Source: Trichomonas gallinae
Taxonomy: Eukaryota
Reading direction: 5' to 3'
Assembly: GCA_008369845.1 (NCBI GenBank)
Contig: MRSU01004800.1
Span: 1 to 59,638 of the forward strand
Length of the DNA stretch: 59,638 nucleotides
Both the position numbers and the translations under genes were made by a program. Position 1 is the first letter of the stretch. Every line of letters begins with the position of its first letter. Shown here piece after piece: positions 1-10,094 of the stretch. Below the pieces are notes generated by a model. That model did no database searches. It saw only the letters and a program-made list of their open reading frames with translations, and had not been told where the DNA came from.

Positions 1-236
1 GCAAGAAAAGGACTGGAGATGGAGTTGCTCGTGAAGCGATTCTTCAAGTCCGAAAATTGAATACTGACATTTTTCAGCCTATTTCCGTAAGATGTTACTA
101 AAATTTGCAAATCATTATTCGAATTACTGATTTCTTTCATATTATTTTCAAAGACAGCTGCAAAATTTCCAGAATTTGCAATATCCGAATTCTTTTTTGA
201 TTGTTGCTGATCAAAATCTTTATATTCATCATACAT
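1..236 (-). CDS. 5' part of a hypothetical protein starting MYDEYK (runs off the left edge; not in the ORF track)
   Basis: ATG at 236 opens a stop-free frame to the window edge: MYDEYKDFDQQQSKKNSDIANSGNFAAVFENNMKEISNSNNDLQILVTSYGNRLKNVSIQFSDLKNRFTSNSISSPFL. The first 18 nt are identical to those of the gene at 25020, and AAAGTGAC lies upstream on the coding strand (280-287). Confidence 0.8.
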   Translation of the reverse strand, partial: MYDEYKDFDQQQSKKNSDIANSGNFAAVFENNMKEISNSNNDLQILVTSYGNRLKNVSIQFSDLKNRFTSNSISSPFL

Positions 237-669
237 TAAGAAGTGTCAGCTCCTTAAATAATTTTTTGCCGTGTAAAATGTCACTTTTATATCCAAAGCT
301 TTAGACAAGTATTAGATTGATTTTTCCAATGAGTAGATATCTAAACTATTTTAGTAAATAATGTCATTAAATTAGATAGACCATAGGACGTTAATAAATA
401 TAATATGTGAAACATTTAAGCTTTATTATGCTATGAGAAGATTTTGATAATTTACTTTTATGATCCATTTTTAGTGATTTTTGTAAATCTGACAATCTGA
501 CATGTAACGAGCCTTTTGACATATTATCTTTCATATTTCATTGTTATGTTTTCATTGCAATCATGTGATCAGTTATTTTTGTGTGACATATTGTTATTTT
601 GTTGGTAAATAGCTAATTAGTTATTACAAATAATATTATTAATTTTATAACATTACAATAACAAATTCA

Positions 670-1692
670 TTAAACATTTATGCTTCCATCATTTATTGGA
701 TTCTTATTTAGTGTTTCATCATCTTCTACATTAATAACAAGATGATCTGTTGTTGAATCATTCAATGGTGTCGGTGATGGTGCGTGGATTGTGTCTGCAG
801 GGTTCTCTAGCTCTCTGAGATGACGATTGTTGGCCAAACCGTCAAACCGAAATTCGGAACGAAACCCACAGCAAAACTGTCTGATATTGACAAACTTAAA
901 TATGACAAGGAGGATGAACATCACTAGGAAAACGCCGATGATTTCAAGAAGAGACTCCTGGACCTTTCCAATTTCTTGTGAAAAGCTAATGCAACTTTCG
1001 TCACGAATATTCTTCCATTTTGTTATGTTATTGATATTATCATCATCTATTTCATGGATTATTTCGGTGGAACATGTATGTTGTTTTACAGAAATGTTTA
1101 ATGTAGTAATTTGGACCTTGAGATTGAATTTTTGCAGCTGAGATAATTCGACTCTGATGAAAAATGGCTTGGACATCATAACAGAGCAAACGGTTGCATT
1201 AACACAAGATTTTGCTGGTTCGTTGTGATTTAATGAGTCATCTGTATAAAATTCTGCTGTAAACAGATGCTTCCTACTGTTCGTGTTCATCGTTATATAA
1301 CGTTTATGAGAAGTTTCTTTGAAAAATATACAATGTGATGAACTATTAACGGAATCTATTCCAAATTTATATGATAATCCATAGTTGTGTATTAGGCCAT
1401 TTGAATTACATATACTAGAAGGAACAATCCACTGTAGAAATGTTTGTTTTAATTCTGATTGCAAAACCAAAGGCGAATCTGAACAAGAGAAGTATTTAGT
1501 ATTTGATTTTATGTTGTATTTCGGAATGTTTTGAAGATATCCTCTCTTTGCAGTGATTGTATAGTAGGGATATGATTCTCGAAATGTAAAAACGCTTGAA
1601 TTGTATGCATTCAGTACATAATCCTGATTTGGATGCACTGTTATGTGATAAAATCCTGGTCTGACGTAGGATAAACAAAATAAAATCGTCAT
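670..1692 (-). CDS. Hypothetical single-pass membrane/surface protein
   Basis: 340-aa ORF from the first ATG (1692). It has a short hydrophobic N-terminus, a Cys-containing ectodomain, a TM segment LLEIIGVFLVMFILLVIFKFV followed by CC, and an acidic tail. Confidence 0.8.
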   Translation of the reverse strand: MTILFCLSYVRPGFYHITVHPNQDYVLNAYNSSVFTFRESYPYYTITAKRGYLQNIPKYNIKSNTKYFSCSDSPLVLQSELKQTFLQWIVPSSICNSNGLIHNYGLSYKFGIDSVNSSSHCIFFKETSHKRYITMNTNSRKHLFTAEFYTDDSLNHNEPAKSCVNATVCSVMMSKPFFIRVELSQLQKFNLKVQITTLNISVKQHTCSTEIIHEIDDDNINNITKWKNIRDESCISFSQEIGKVQESLLEIIGVFLVMFILLVIFKFVNIRQFCCGFRSEFRFDGLANNRHLRELENPADTIHAPSPTPLNDSTTDHLVINVEDDETLNKNPINDGSINV

Positions 1693-1796
1693 CCACAAGA
1701 ATTTTGAAGATAAAGTTTATTTTAATTACAATAACAACTGTTATTATAAGGTAGATTCTAAAAACAAGATTTAATTGATCGATTGGTTACTTATAT

Positions 1797-2020
1797 TTTA
1801 CATGTCAAAATTAATTTTTACGTGACATAATATCCTCAAATAATTTTTTACATGTCATATGGCCCCTACATATTTTATAAATGCGAAAAATGTGGATAAC
1901 ATATCATATCATTGGATAATTTTATGTTTTTGCTTTTTGGGAAAATAAAAAGGGTTTGTCACTTATTGTTTGCATGACAAATTAGATTCAATTTAATTTT
2001 GTAAATAGTTTACATGTCAG
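1797..2020. promoter_or_regulatory. Cluster of TTTAC(A/G)TG(T/A)CA motifs in a divergent intergenic region
   Basis: Copies at 1797, 1817, 1847 and 2009, plus a variant TTTGCATGACA near 1969, between head-to-head genes. Confidence 0.55.
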
Positions 2021-2139
2021 TTAGTCAATGTATTTTATAAATATGAAAAATATACTTATTATAGCATGTTATTAAATAATTTCAAGTTTTAATTGATTTT
2101 TTAAATAAGAAGAGTCTGTCACTTGTCGTTTACAAAATA

Positions 2140-3888
2140 ATGCGAACTTTTGCTTTTATTCCTGATGCAGAGACACTGAGAAAGGATGCACAATCAATGC
2201 AGCTGCATCGTCCAATATCAAATGTCACAGCAAATGCAAATTCTGTGACAATTGAAGATTCAACAACAGGAGAAAAATTCGCTATGTCAAGAAATTTCGA
2301 TCAAGTGTTCGACCACTTCCAGGATATTTTAATGGAGTGCCCGGAAAAAGAAACAAACAGATTAATAAGCGTTTGCTCGTCAATATCAAATCCAAAACCT
2401 GAAGAAATTCTCGAGATTTGCGTTCAATTTGCACGTTACTACATTCCACCTGATGATGAGAAAGAATTTTTCATATCATCAGGCCTTGTTTTCGATAAAA
2501 ATGTCGTCGATTATTTCGCTTTAAACAATTCTAAAGTTAAGGAGTTCGAATCTATTCCAATTTATCATATATCCGAAGCAGTCGATTTGATTTCAACTGC
2601 ACTAGATGACAGAAAGCCTTTCAAAAATTCGTTATTTGTTTTTAGAATCGAATCAGCAGAGATGTTCTTCGAATGGGTAATTATTCCAAATGTTGATCAG
2701 TATGTGAATTCAGATACAGTTGTTGGATTGCCATCAAACCAGAAAATTATATTTTATATCAAAAAGATCGCTAATATCATGCAAAATTCATTTGACCACT
2801 TTAGAAGAGAATCGGCATGCTTCAGACTCATTTCTGATTCTTTTGTTAACGTCAAAACTACATGGGTTGCTCATCTCACTCCTTACGCGAAGCTTCTTGC
2901 TAATGCTTCGATTTTCAGTGTCATTAAAGCAGCATTAGAGCCAATAACTAATAAATTCACATGCCCAAAGAGCGATCTCTTTGTTCAACACAAAGAAAAT
3001 TTCGATTTAAACGACGATGATTCTTTAGCAGCTGAAATGGAATACAAGCAACAACTTGAAGACATGGGTGTCGAAGAAGTCCAGTTTGAGGACATAGGCC
3101 CTGAGCATCGCCAATCTTCAATCGCTTCTCGTCAAAACGAGCTCAAAAACGGAGATGAAGAGGAAGAATTGGACGAAGAAGAGCTCGAAAAGATGCAGAG
3201 GCTTAAAGAATTAAGAGAATCCCATATGAGCAAGAAAACTCACAAAAATTCCAGAAAATCGAAGAAAAACGATCCAGAACATTCCATGGCCGAATCCAGC
3301 TCAGTATTCTCAAGGATGAGCCAGAGATCTAAGCTCGCAGCGAAATTGGCAGAGATGCGCGCAAGATCCATGGAGGAAGAAGACGAAGAAGAGGAAGAAG
3401 AATTCGGTGAAGAAGACGAAAAAACTGTAGATAAGAAGAAGAGAGAACTCACGCCTCTTCAAATGCGCCAGAAGCGTTTAGAGAAGCAGCGTTTGCTTAT
3501 ATTCAGATGCAAGAAGGCTCTAGATGACGAAAATACAACGAAGGAGAAGTTCACGAGCTTGAATGACGAGCTTCAGGCTGAATTAGAGCACTGCAGGGAA
3601 TTTAGAGCAACAATCAAAGACGAAATCGCGAAAGTCAGAAAGGAGCTGATCCAGAAACAGAAGAAAGCTGCTGAGCAGAGGAAAATGGTCGAAAAGTACC
3701 AGCAGCTTTATCTTGAGACGCACAACGACAGGATACAGCAGAAGTACCAGAAATCAATGAAGCCGCACTACAAGCCTGCTCCTGTCGACAAACACCCCGA
3801 ATACAAGAGGACTATCGCAATACTGAACATGGAAGTCAGGAATCTAGAAAGAGAAGTCAATGAACTTCAATCACGTGATGGAAATTAA
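2140..3888 (+). CDS. Kinesin-like protein with a degenerate motor domain and C-terminal coiled coil
   Basis: The N-terminal ~265 aa follow kinesin motor layout (NFDQVF; FISSGLVFDKNVVDYF; RRESACFRLISDSFVNVKTTWVAHLTP resembling YRESKLTRLLQDSL..KT.MIA.ISP). P-loop, SSRSH and DLAGSE are absent. An acidic linker and heptad-rich tail follow. Inr-like TCACT at 2119. Confidence 0.7.
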   Translation: MRTFAFIPDAETLRKDAQSMQLHRPISNVTANANSVTIEDSTTGEKFAMSRNFDQVFDHFQDILMECPEKETNRLISVCSSISNPKPEEILEICVQFARYYIPPDDEKEFFISSGLVFDKNVVDYFALNNSKVKEFESIPIYHISEAVDLISTALDDRKPFKNSLFVFRIESAEMFFEWVIIPNVDQYVNSDTVVGLPSNQKIIFYIKKIANIMQNSFDHFRRESACFRLISDSFVNVKTTWVAHLTPYAKLLANASIFSVIKAALEPITNKFTCPKSDLFVQHKENFDLNDDDSLAAEMEYKQQLEDMGVEEVQFEDIGPEHRQSSIASRQNELKNGDEEEELDEEELEKMQRLKELRESHMSKKTHKNSRKSKKNDPEHSMAESSSVFSRMSQRSKLAAKLAEMRARSMEEEDEEEEEEFGEEDEKTVDKKKRELTPLQMRQKRLEKQRLLIFRCKKALDDENTTKEKFTSLNDELQAELEHCREFRATIKDEIAKVRKELIQKQKKAAEQRKMVEKYQQLYLETHNDRIQQKYQKSMKPHYKPAPVDKHPEYKRTIAILNMEVRNLEREVNELQSRDGN

Positions 3889-4145
3889 ATAACGCTTTAT
3901 TTCTATAAGTAATTTTGTGTACCTTTAAACTCTTATATATTCTAATTTTTCAATTTTTTTTTTTTAAATCATGACTATTTTGCAGAATCTTAAACATGAT
4001 TCTTCCAAACATAAAAGAATGCCTATATATTTATGGTATTAGTTGCCATTATTATCTAGATGTATCTTTTATCAAACTAAACAATGTGATCACTATTTTT
4101 GAAACCATTTAATTGAAAATCATTTTTCTCGATATTTAAAAAAGA

Positions 4146-4448
4146 AATTTCTATCATTATCCACTAATCCTAATTATCATTTGATCGCTTAACATTATAT
4201 ATCACTATAACATGTAATAGAATGATTATTTTAATTTGAAAAATATCAATTATATATTTCGATAAAATGAATTTTTTTAGAATGATTTTTTGGATTTCCC
4301 TCGGTGTTCAAAAAATGAATTTATAACAATATCTACTGATCCTAAATATAATTTGTTCGAATAATATTTTATAACACTTTAATATATAATAGAATAATTA
4401 TTTTAATTTGAAAAATATCAATTAGATATTACTATAAAATGAATTTTT
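4146..4448. repeat. Imperfect direct duplication (~130-bp unit, 172-bp period)
   Basis: ATTATTTTAATTTGAAAAATATCAATTA is identical at 4225 and 4397, with alignable flanks. Confidence 0.8.
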
Positions 4449-4707
4449 AATATTGATAATATTACAATTATTAAAACATATTTTCATTATTATGTGATTG
4501 ATTTCATTTAATTTTAATATGTAAAACTGTTAGATTTTGTTTTATAGAATTAACACAATAGTGATAACAAGATAAAAAGTCAGATTTCAAAATTCAAAAT
4601 TCGAAATTTGGTTTTTGGACCGATTTTCTGAGCAAAAACTCTTCAAAATCGTCTGAAATGAGCAAATGTCACGAAATTACAAATAAAAAAAATCATAAAA
4701 AAAAGTG

Positions 4708-6063
4708 ATGTCGAGCGAACCTGAGAACTCGAATGCGGAAGAGCTGGAGGGTATCAACGCTCTGTTTGCAGGCAAGAAAAAGCCAACTGGCACGGACAAT
4801 GAAGAAGAAAGGCGAAGAGCGCACAACAATAAAATAATGAAAATCAAACTGAGAATTATTGGCGCAATCATCGTGTTAATCATCGGAATTATCATCAAAA
4901 TACTGCTTAAAAAAGAAAAAAGAATGATCGATACTCCAATGAAATACGTAAATACGAAAATACTTAAAGAAGCAGTGAATTCATTCTTAGCTTCGAAGGA
5001 TGCTTCAGATATATCGGTTTTATATGGCACTAAAGGGTTTGGAAAGACACGTGGATTAAATAACGCGATCGATCAATTGAAATCATTCGGAAAATTTGTT
5101 GTAAATCTCGATTTTTCGGTATTAACAAAGGATGCTCATATCAAAGATATTATTACAGTCATTAAAAGCTCATTTGTAGCAGCTTTTAAGAATGCTGAAA
5201 TTTATAATCCTTCAGTAAAGTCTGCTTACCCAACAGTGGCATCTCTCGTCAGTATTGTTGGCAAAGAACCGAAAAATATTGGTGGTTTTATTGACCCAAC
5301 AATGAGAAATCTTGCATCTTCGTTCTGCGTCCTTATTGATACAATTGGAGTGAATCCATCATCTATAGACCTTATTATGCGCGGTTTGGATGCAATTGGA
5401 CACGTTTTTATTGTAGTTAATGAACCACAAAATGCGATAAAATTACCAATTTATGAAGATTTTATCAAAGCGATACAAGAATCAGCATCCGATGCCCATA
5501 AGGTTTCATGCATCGCTGAAGTTTCTGATGTTGAATGGCTCCTTAATCAGCCAGAAAGATCACACGTTAATAGAGTAAGAGTTGGTGAATTCTCTTTAGA
5601 AGAAGCCAAAGCAGACTTGATAGGAGACTTCAAGCCGCGTCAAGTTTCTGAAATGTTTGATAAATTCGGTGGAAATGGAAGATTATTTGCACAAGTACAC
5701 GAAACAATGAGACAAGACTATGATTTCAGAGAATCAGTCGATTATGTTAGCAAAGTTGAGTTTTTAGCTATAAATCAAGCGATTTCAAGAATGCCTGAAG
5801 GAACATTACCTGTTTTAGTTAATTTGACTAAAGGTCCAGTTGAAATTAACTTCTCTGATCCTATTGCTAGGTTCCTAATCGATGAATACTTAGCGACACC
5901 AATTAAATTTGGAATTTTGTCTCCATCTTCGCCAGTTTTGTTTAACAAGGCAATAAATCAGTATATTAAGCAGCTTAGCAAAGAAACGCCAAAAATAGAA
6001 CAGACAAACATTACAACCGCTGTTAATCAAACAGCTCCTCCTGAAACCAAGAAAGGAAAATAA
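4708..6063 (+). CDS. Membrane-anchored P-loop NTPase (STAND/archaeal-ATPase-like AAA+)
   Basis: N-terminal TM IIGAIIVLIIGIIIKIL, Walker A GTKGFGKT, degenerate Walker B FIVVNE, and a downstream FGGNGRLF resembling the GxP helical motif. ATG at 4708. Confidence 0.7.
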   Translation: MSSEPENSNAEELEGINALFAGKKKPTGTDNEEERRRAHNNKIMKIKLRIIGAIIVLIIGIIIKILLKKEKRMIDTPMKYVNTKILKEAVNSFLASKDASDISVLYGTKGFGKTRGLNNAIDQLKSFGKFVVNLDFSVLTKDAHIKDIITVIKSSFVAAFKNAEIYNPSVKSAYPTVASLVSIVGKEPKNIGGFIDPTMRNLASSFCVLIDTIGVNPSSIDLIMRGLDAIGHVFIVVNEPQNAIKLPIYEDFIKAIQESASDAHKVSCIAEVSDVEWLLNQPERSHVNRVRVGEFSLEEAKADLIGDFKPRQVSEMFDKFGGNGRLFAQVHETMRQDYDFRESVDYVSKVEFLAINQAISRMPEGTLPVLVNLTKGPVEINFSDPIARFLIDEYLATPIKFGILSPSSPVLFNKAINQYIKQLSKETPKIEQTNITTAVNQTAPPETKKGK

Positions 6064-6605
6064 ATCTCATGTTTTCATACCTGATTATACCACGATTTTT
6101 AAAGCATTCAACAATATTTTTTATATTTTATTGAAATCTATAATAACGGGAAATAAGAACGGAATAATAATGCGTATGACTATTATTTCACTTTTTACCA
6201 TATAAACTATTAGTAATTAACGAAAAAAAATTGAAATAATTTTGTTAAGAAAAATTACTATGCCTTAAGCACAGAAACATTTTGTGTTAGTCTTAATTCA
6301 CTTATCTGTATATCCATATATGTTGATCACGTTTTTCTTATTTTCATTCAAAATGAAAACCGAATTTTGTTGTTCTATGTATATTGAGAATATTATATAG
6401 CTCGTATATAATCCATATCTAATATACTTAGGATTTGAAACTCTATATTTAACAAATTCGTTTTATTATAAAGCGAAATCTAATGGATGTGCGTATGGAA
6501 ATAGCATTTATATAACGATTTTATAGAAATAACTTTAATATTCAATGCAAAAAAAAGTATTAAAATTTACAAAATAATTTCATGGAACTAAATTCGGTAA
6601 TATAC

Positions 6606-6809
6606 TTAAGCCATTTGCTTGTTTGAGCTAGCTATAACATGGAAAGCAACATTTTCTGAGATTTCTTCAAGATTATCCTGGAAAGCTTCAGTCTTTTTTG
6701 GCGGCGGCTCTCTGATTGGCTCCTCTTCCTTCTTGCAGCAGCAGCACATCGTCACAAAGATAACGCTGACAACAACAAGCGAAACAAATAAACCTATAAT
6801 CTCTAACAT
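6606..6809 (-). CDS. Small single-pass membrane protein with a juxtamembrane CCCC (67 aa)
   Basis: ATG start, ~20-aa hydrophobic segment, CCCCKK, then a charged/Pro tail. Composition is coding-like against AT-rich flanks. Confidence 0.7.
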   Translation of the reverse strand: MLEIIGLFVSLVVVSVIFVTMCCCCKKEEEPIREPPPKKTEAFQDNLEEISENVAFHVIASSNKQMA

Positions 6810-6999
6810 TGCTTTTTTTAAGTTTTTCTGATGTAAAAAACTTTGAGAACTTTTATCGTCAATTGTAAAGAGTCAAAATTTGTATTTTCTGTCGATTTGT
6901 AAATTGAATTTGTCAAATAATTATTGACATTTTTCATTTGACATTTGACTTTACAACAGACTCGGGAAAGAATTCAACTTTGATTTTGGCTTCAAAGTC

Positions 7000-7251
7000 A
7001 TGCATTTGTCAAACACTTTATTACAGTTCCAGGAATACATTTCAACGCATAAGACTTTACAAATGACAGCTTTGATTTATGCTTCTTTTAATGACCATCT
7101 TGAAGCTGTTAAACTCCTTATCACAGCTCCTGGAATAGATATCAACACAAGAAATAATCCCGACATAACAGCTTTTATTAATACCTCAGGAAATGGTCAT
7201 CTTGAAGTATTCACCTTTATTCCTACAGTTCTTGGAATAGATTTTAAGTAA
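7000..7251 (+). pseudogene. Ankyrin-repeat gene fragment
   Basis: TALIYASFNDHLEAVKLLITAPGIDIN and TAFINTSGNGHLEV...GID are two decayed ankyrin repeats, too short for a full gene. Confidence 0.75.
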
Positions 7252-7406
7252 AACCATATTTAAGTCTTCTAATAAAAGATCGACAACATGTCAAAATATT
7301 GAGAATTCGCAAAACATAGACACCCAGAAGAGGCCGCAGATAATTAAACTATAAAAAAAATTGATTAATTTCGAAATATAATTTAAAACAAATAAAAAAT
7401 AAAACA

Positions 7407-10085
7407 TTAAATATACATGATATCGTCTGATTCTTCTTCCTCTTCAACTTCTATTTCTCTATCATCAACATTGAGTGTGATGAATCCATTGTAAATGTAA
7501 GCCATGTCGCAAACATATTCAACAACTAAATCGGATACTTTCTTTGTTAGAATGATAGCGTTAGGGTATCTATTTTGTCTGGCTTCTCTTCCGTCGAATT
7601 TCATCTCAGTGAAATTACCTGACATAATAACTGCTGCTATGGTTAAATTGAAGAAGTTTTCGCCTTCTATTCCCATTTGTATTGCGAAATATGCTGTCGT
7701 CAAAGCTTGCAGTGCAGCTTGTTGCTCATTATACTCTGTTAAACCAAAAACAATTTGGATTTCACCGAAGCTCCATGTCAAAAATCTTGCGCCAAAACCT
7801 TTGACGAAATCTTTCAGCGTATCAATAATCAAGCGTGTCTGGAAATGGCAAGCATCGACTTCTTCATTCATGTCACCTTCAACAAACGGCAAAAATACTA
7901 AAGATAAAACAATTGCTTGTCGTTTCTTCATTTCATCTGTGAACGACTCCAAAGGATGCAAAACTTTGATGACTTTCTTGTATTCCTTCTTTTTGGCATC
8001 TATCATTGTTGTCAGTCGGCTCATCTCTTTGCTCTTTTCCATTACAACAATATTCAAGCCATCGACAACATGTGGTACTACGTGCGCATTTTCGAGTTGT
8101 AGTGTTCTGTAATCTACATCAATAAATGTCGACATAACTCCGTTGAAAGCTGTCATCCATAGATGGTTGACAAACACAATTTTGCAGTCTTCGTCTATAA
8201 TTGCGGCAGGATAACCAACAAGATCTAATGAGAAACTGTTTTCGTTCAGTCCCATAACTGAATTACTTCCATCCTCGCTCACTGCTGTTCTGATGTATGG
8301 AATCAGCTTAGTGAGCATCTCCGTGTAAAGAACTGAGTGAACATATATATACAAAGCCCTAGCCATTACTAATATAACAATATTTGATAGAATGAATAGC
8401 ATGGAATAAATCGACAAAGAGAAAAATGATTGCTCTAAATTTTTTATAGAAACAGTTTCATTTCTCTCGGATATAATCAACTCATTTGATGGAATCAAGT
8501 CTTTGATAAACATTGATGTGGAATTCATTGCGTATTCTTCCATTAAATCTGTGGAATTCTCGAAATAAGACAAGCCCAGTAGTTTCGAAATTTGGAAAAT
8601 AGCTGAATAATTAAATGATGTTTTTCTGTTCGTCAATGATATAAATCTCATTGCTGTCTCAACGTTTTTCTTTGCTTCAACTTTAAGGCTTGGGTTGATT
8701 ATTTGGAGTCTAACAGCTGCTATTCCTGATCCAAACAAGAATGACTGCTTAAGTTCTCTGGCGATGTCATTGTTCATCGACAAAATGTTCTGAGAAACTA
8801 TTTTGATGTTCGAGTAATATGTGTATTGCGAGATTGCTATAAAAATCATAACAACAGCAAGCATAACTAAACACCATAAAATGTAGTAATGCGATGAATG
8901 TCCAATACCAGACACAATAGAAGTAATGATTCCTGTCTCTTTCGTTGGAACTCCGTCTGATAAACTGCTTTGTATTTTGTGCAATTTCCACCTAATATAG
9001 AAAATTGATATCAAAGAAGATAGAGCTGCAAGAGAAACAATCACACAGCCTAAGTTACTTGCTACAATTGTCCTCTTCTCTGTTGTGTGTATGGATGATT
9101 CCAATGAGCTCGTGAACGCGTTGTCGAACTGCAAAAACCAGTTGGTTATATTTAAATAAAATTCTTGAGAAATATTGTAATAATTGCTTTGATGACATGT
9201 GTCGGCTAACAGAAGTTGCTCAATGAATGTTGAAAATCTGGATCCCATGGTAATAAATGAGAAATTTAAGCTTTCTCCACTGATTGTTCTCGAAGGCATG
9301 AATCTTCCCTTGAAGACCCACGCAACAGAGTTGTTTAGTACTTCTAAGTTTGTTAGAGTATCAATTAAACTCTTACGAAAGTTTGTATGTGTATTTTCAA
9401 ATTCAAGTAATATATTTCTTACTATATTTCGCCTAATTTCAACACTATCCGTGTGATTTTCGCATGGAAGAAATGCGTAGATAATCAATTTGCAAAAATT
9501 CGATGTTTCATGATTCAATTGCGACATTATGTTCAATGTTCCATGAGAAACCTTCTGTAGATACCCAATTCCGATGATGACTAGCAATATAAAAACAATT
9601 ATGGTTATTTCATAGAAAATTCCCATCGCAAAAGTTATAAAAAACTGTTTTGGATCAATCTTCATGTTATCATTCGAGAATGCTGATTTAAGCGTCTGAT
9701 TTCCTGCTGTTAAGTCTATAGACTCTGTGTTTGTCTGGTCTTCTGACTCTGTTTCGACTTTGGAGTCGATTTTCAAATACAAATTCTGTGTAATCATCTC
9801 TCTCCAGTCTGAAAACTCGTGATTATTGGTGTAATTAAGTGTGAAACTCAGTTTATTGGCAGCATCTTGATTGAAAGCGCATTTTTCATAAAATAAAATT
9901 CCTAATTTGAGAAAATTCTGTTTTGTTGGATATCTTAACAGCATCCTTTCAACATGTGCCTCAAGTTTTCGCTCAGTCAACGAAAGAAATGAGCCGTAAA
10001 GGAATAATTTGTGAGTTTTTTCATGTTGAATTACAGGAACACAGCCACTGATTATCTCGAAGAACTTGAATATTGCACGACTCAT
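7407..10085 (-). CDS. C-terminal part of a transmembrane nucleotidyl-cyclase-family (TMAC-like) gene: helical repeat, TM hairpins, PAS-like domain and degenerate class III cyclase domain
   Basis: LLRYP...FYEK...A helical motif, paired TM segments, PAS-like YPAAIIDEDCKIVFVNHLW, a coiled linker and a cyclase-like fold (QAIVLSLVF...FGEIQIVFGL...AALQAL). In frame with the upstream ORF across one TAG. Confidence 0.7.
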   Translation of the reverse strand: MSRAIFKFFEIISGCVPVIQHEKTHKLFLYGSFLSLTERKLEAHVERMLLRYPTKQNFLKLGILFYEKCAFNQDAANKLSFTLNYTNNHEFSDWREMITQNLYLKIDSKVETESEDQTNTESIDLTAGNQTLKSAFSNDNMKIDPKQFFITFAMGIFYEITIIVFILLVIIGIGYLQKVSHGTLNIMSQLNHETSNFCKLIIYAFLPCENHTDSVEIRRNIVRNILLEFENTHTNFRKSLIDTLTNLEVLNNSVAWVFKGRFMPSRTISGESLNFSFITMGSRFSTFIEQLLLADTCHQSNYYNISQEFYLNITNWFLQFDNAFTSSLESSIHTTEKRTIVASNLGCVIVSLAALSSLISIFYIRWKLHKIQSSLSDGVPTKETGIITSIVSGIGHSSHYYILWCLVMLAVVMIFIAISQYTYYSNIKIVSQNILSMNNDIARELKQSFLFGSGIAAVRLQIINPSLKVEAKKNVETAMRFISLTNRKTSFNYSAIFQISKLLGLSYFENSTDLMEEYAMNSTSMFIKDLIPSNELIISERNETVSIKNLEQSFFSLSIYSMLFILSNIVILVMARALYIYVHSVLYTEMLTKLIPYIRTAVSEDGSNSVMGLNENSFSLDLVGYPAAIIDEDCKIVFVNHLWMTAFNGVMSTFIDVDYRTLQLENAHVVPHVVDGLNIVVMEKSKEMSRLTTMIDAKKKEYKKVIKVLHPLESFTDEMKKRQAIVLSLVFLPFVEGDMNEEVDACHFQTRLIIDTLKDFVKGFGARFLTWSFGEIQIVFGLTEYNEQQAALQALTTAYFAIQMGIEGENFFNLTIAAVIMSGNFTEMKFDGREARQNRYPNAIILTKKVSDLVVEYVCDMAYIYNGFITLNVDDREIEVEEEEESDDIMYI

Positions 10086-10094
10086 TTTCGCGTA

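Noticed and set aside
1..101. Plus-strand open frames at the left edge (e.g. KKRTGDGVAREAILQVRKL...CY*)
   Set aside because: They are antisense to the better-supported minus-strand MYDEYK gene starting at 236.
6275..6292. ACTAACACA on the minus strand resembling the Trichomonas branch/3' splice motif
   Set aside because: It is not followed by CAG, lies in intergenic DNA, and has no matching 5' splice site or exon.
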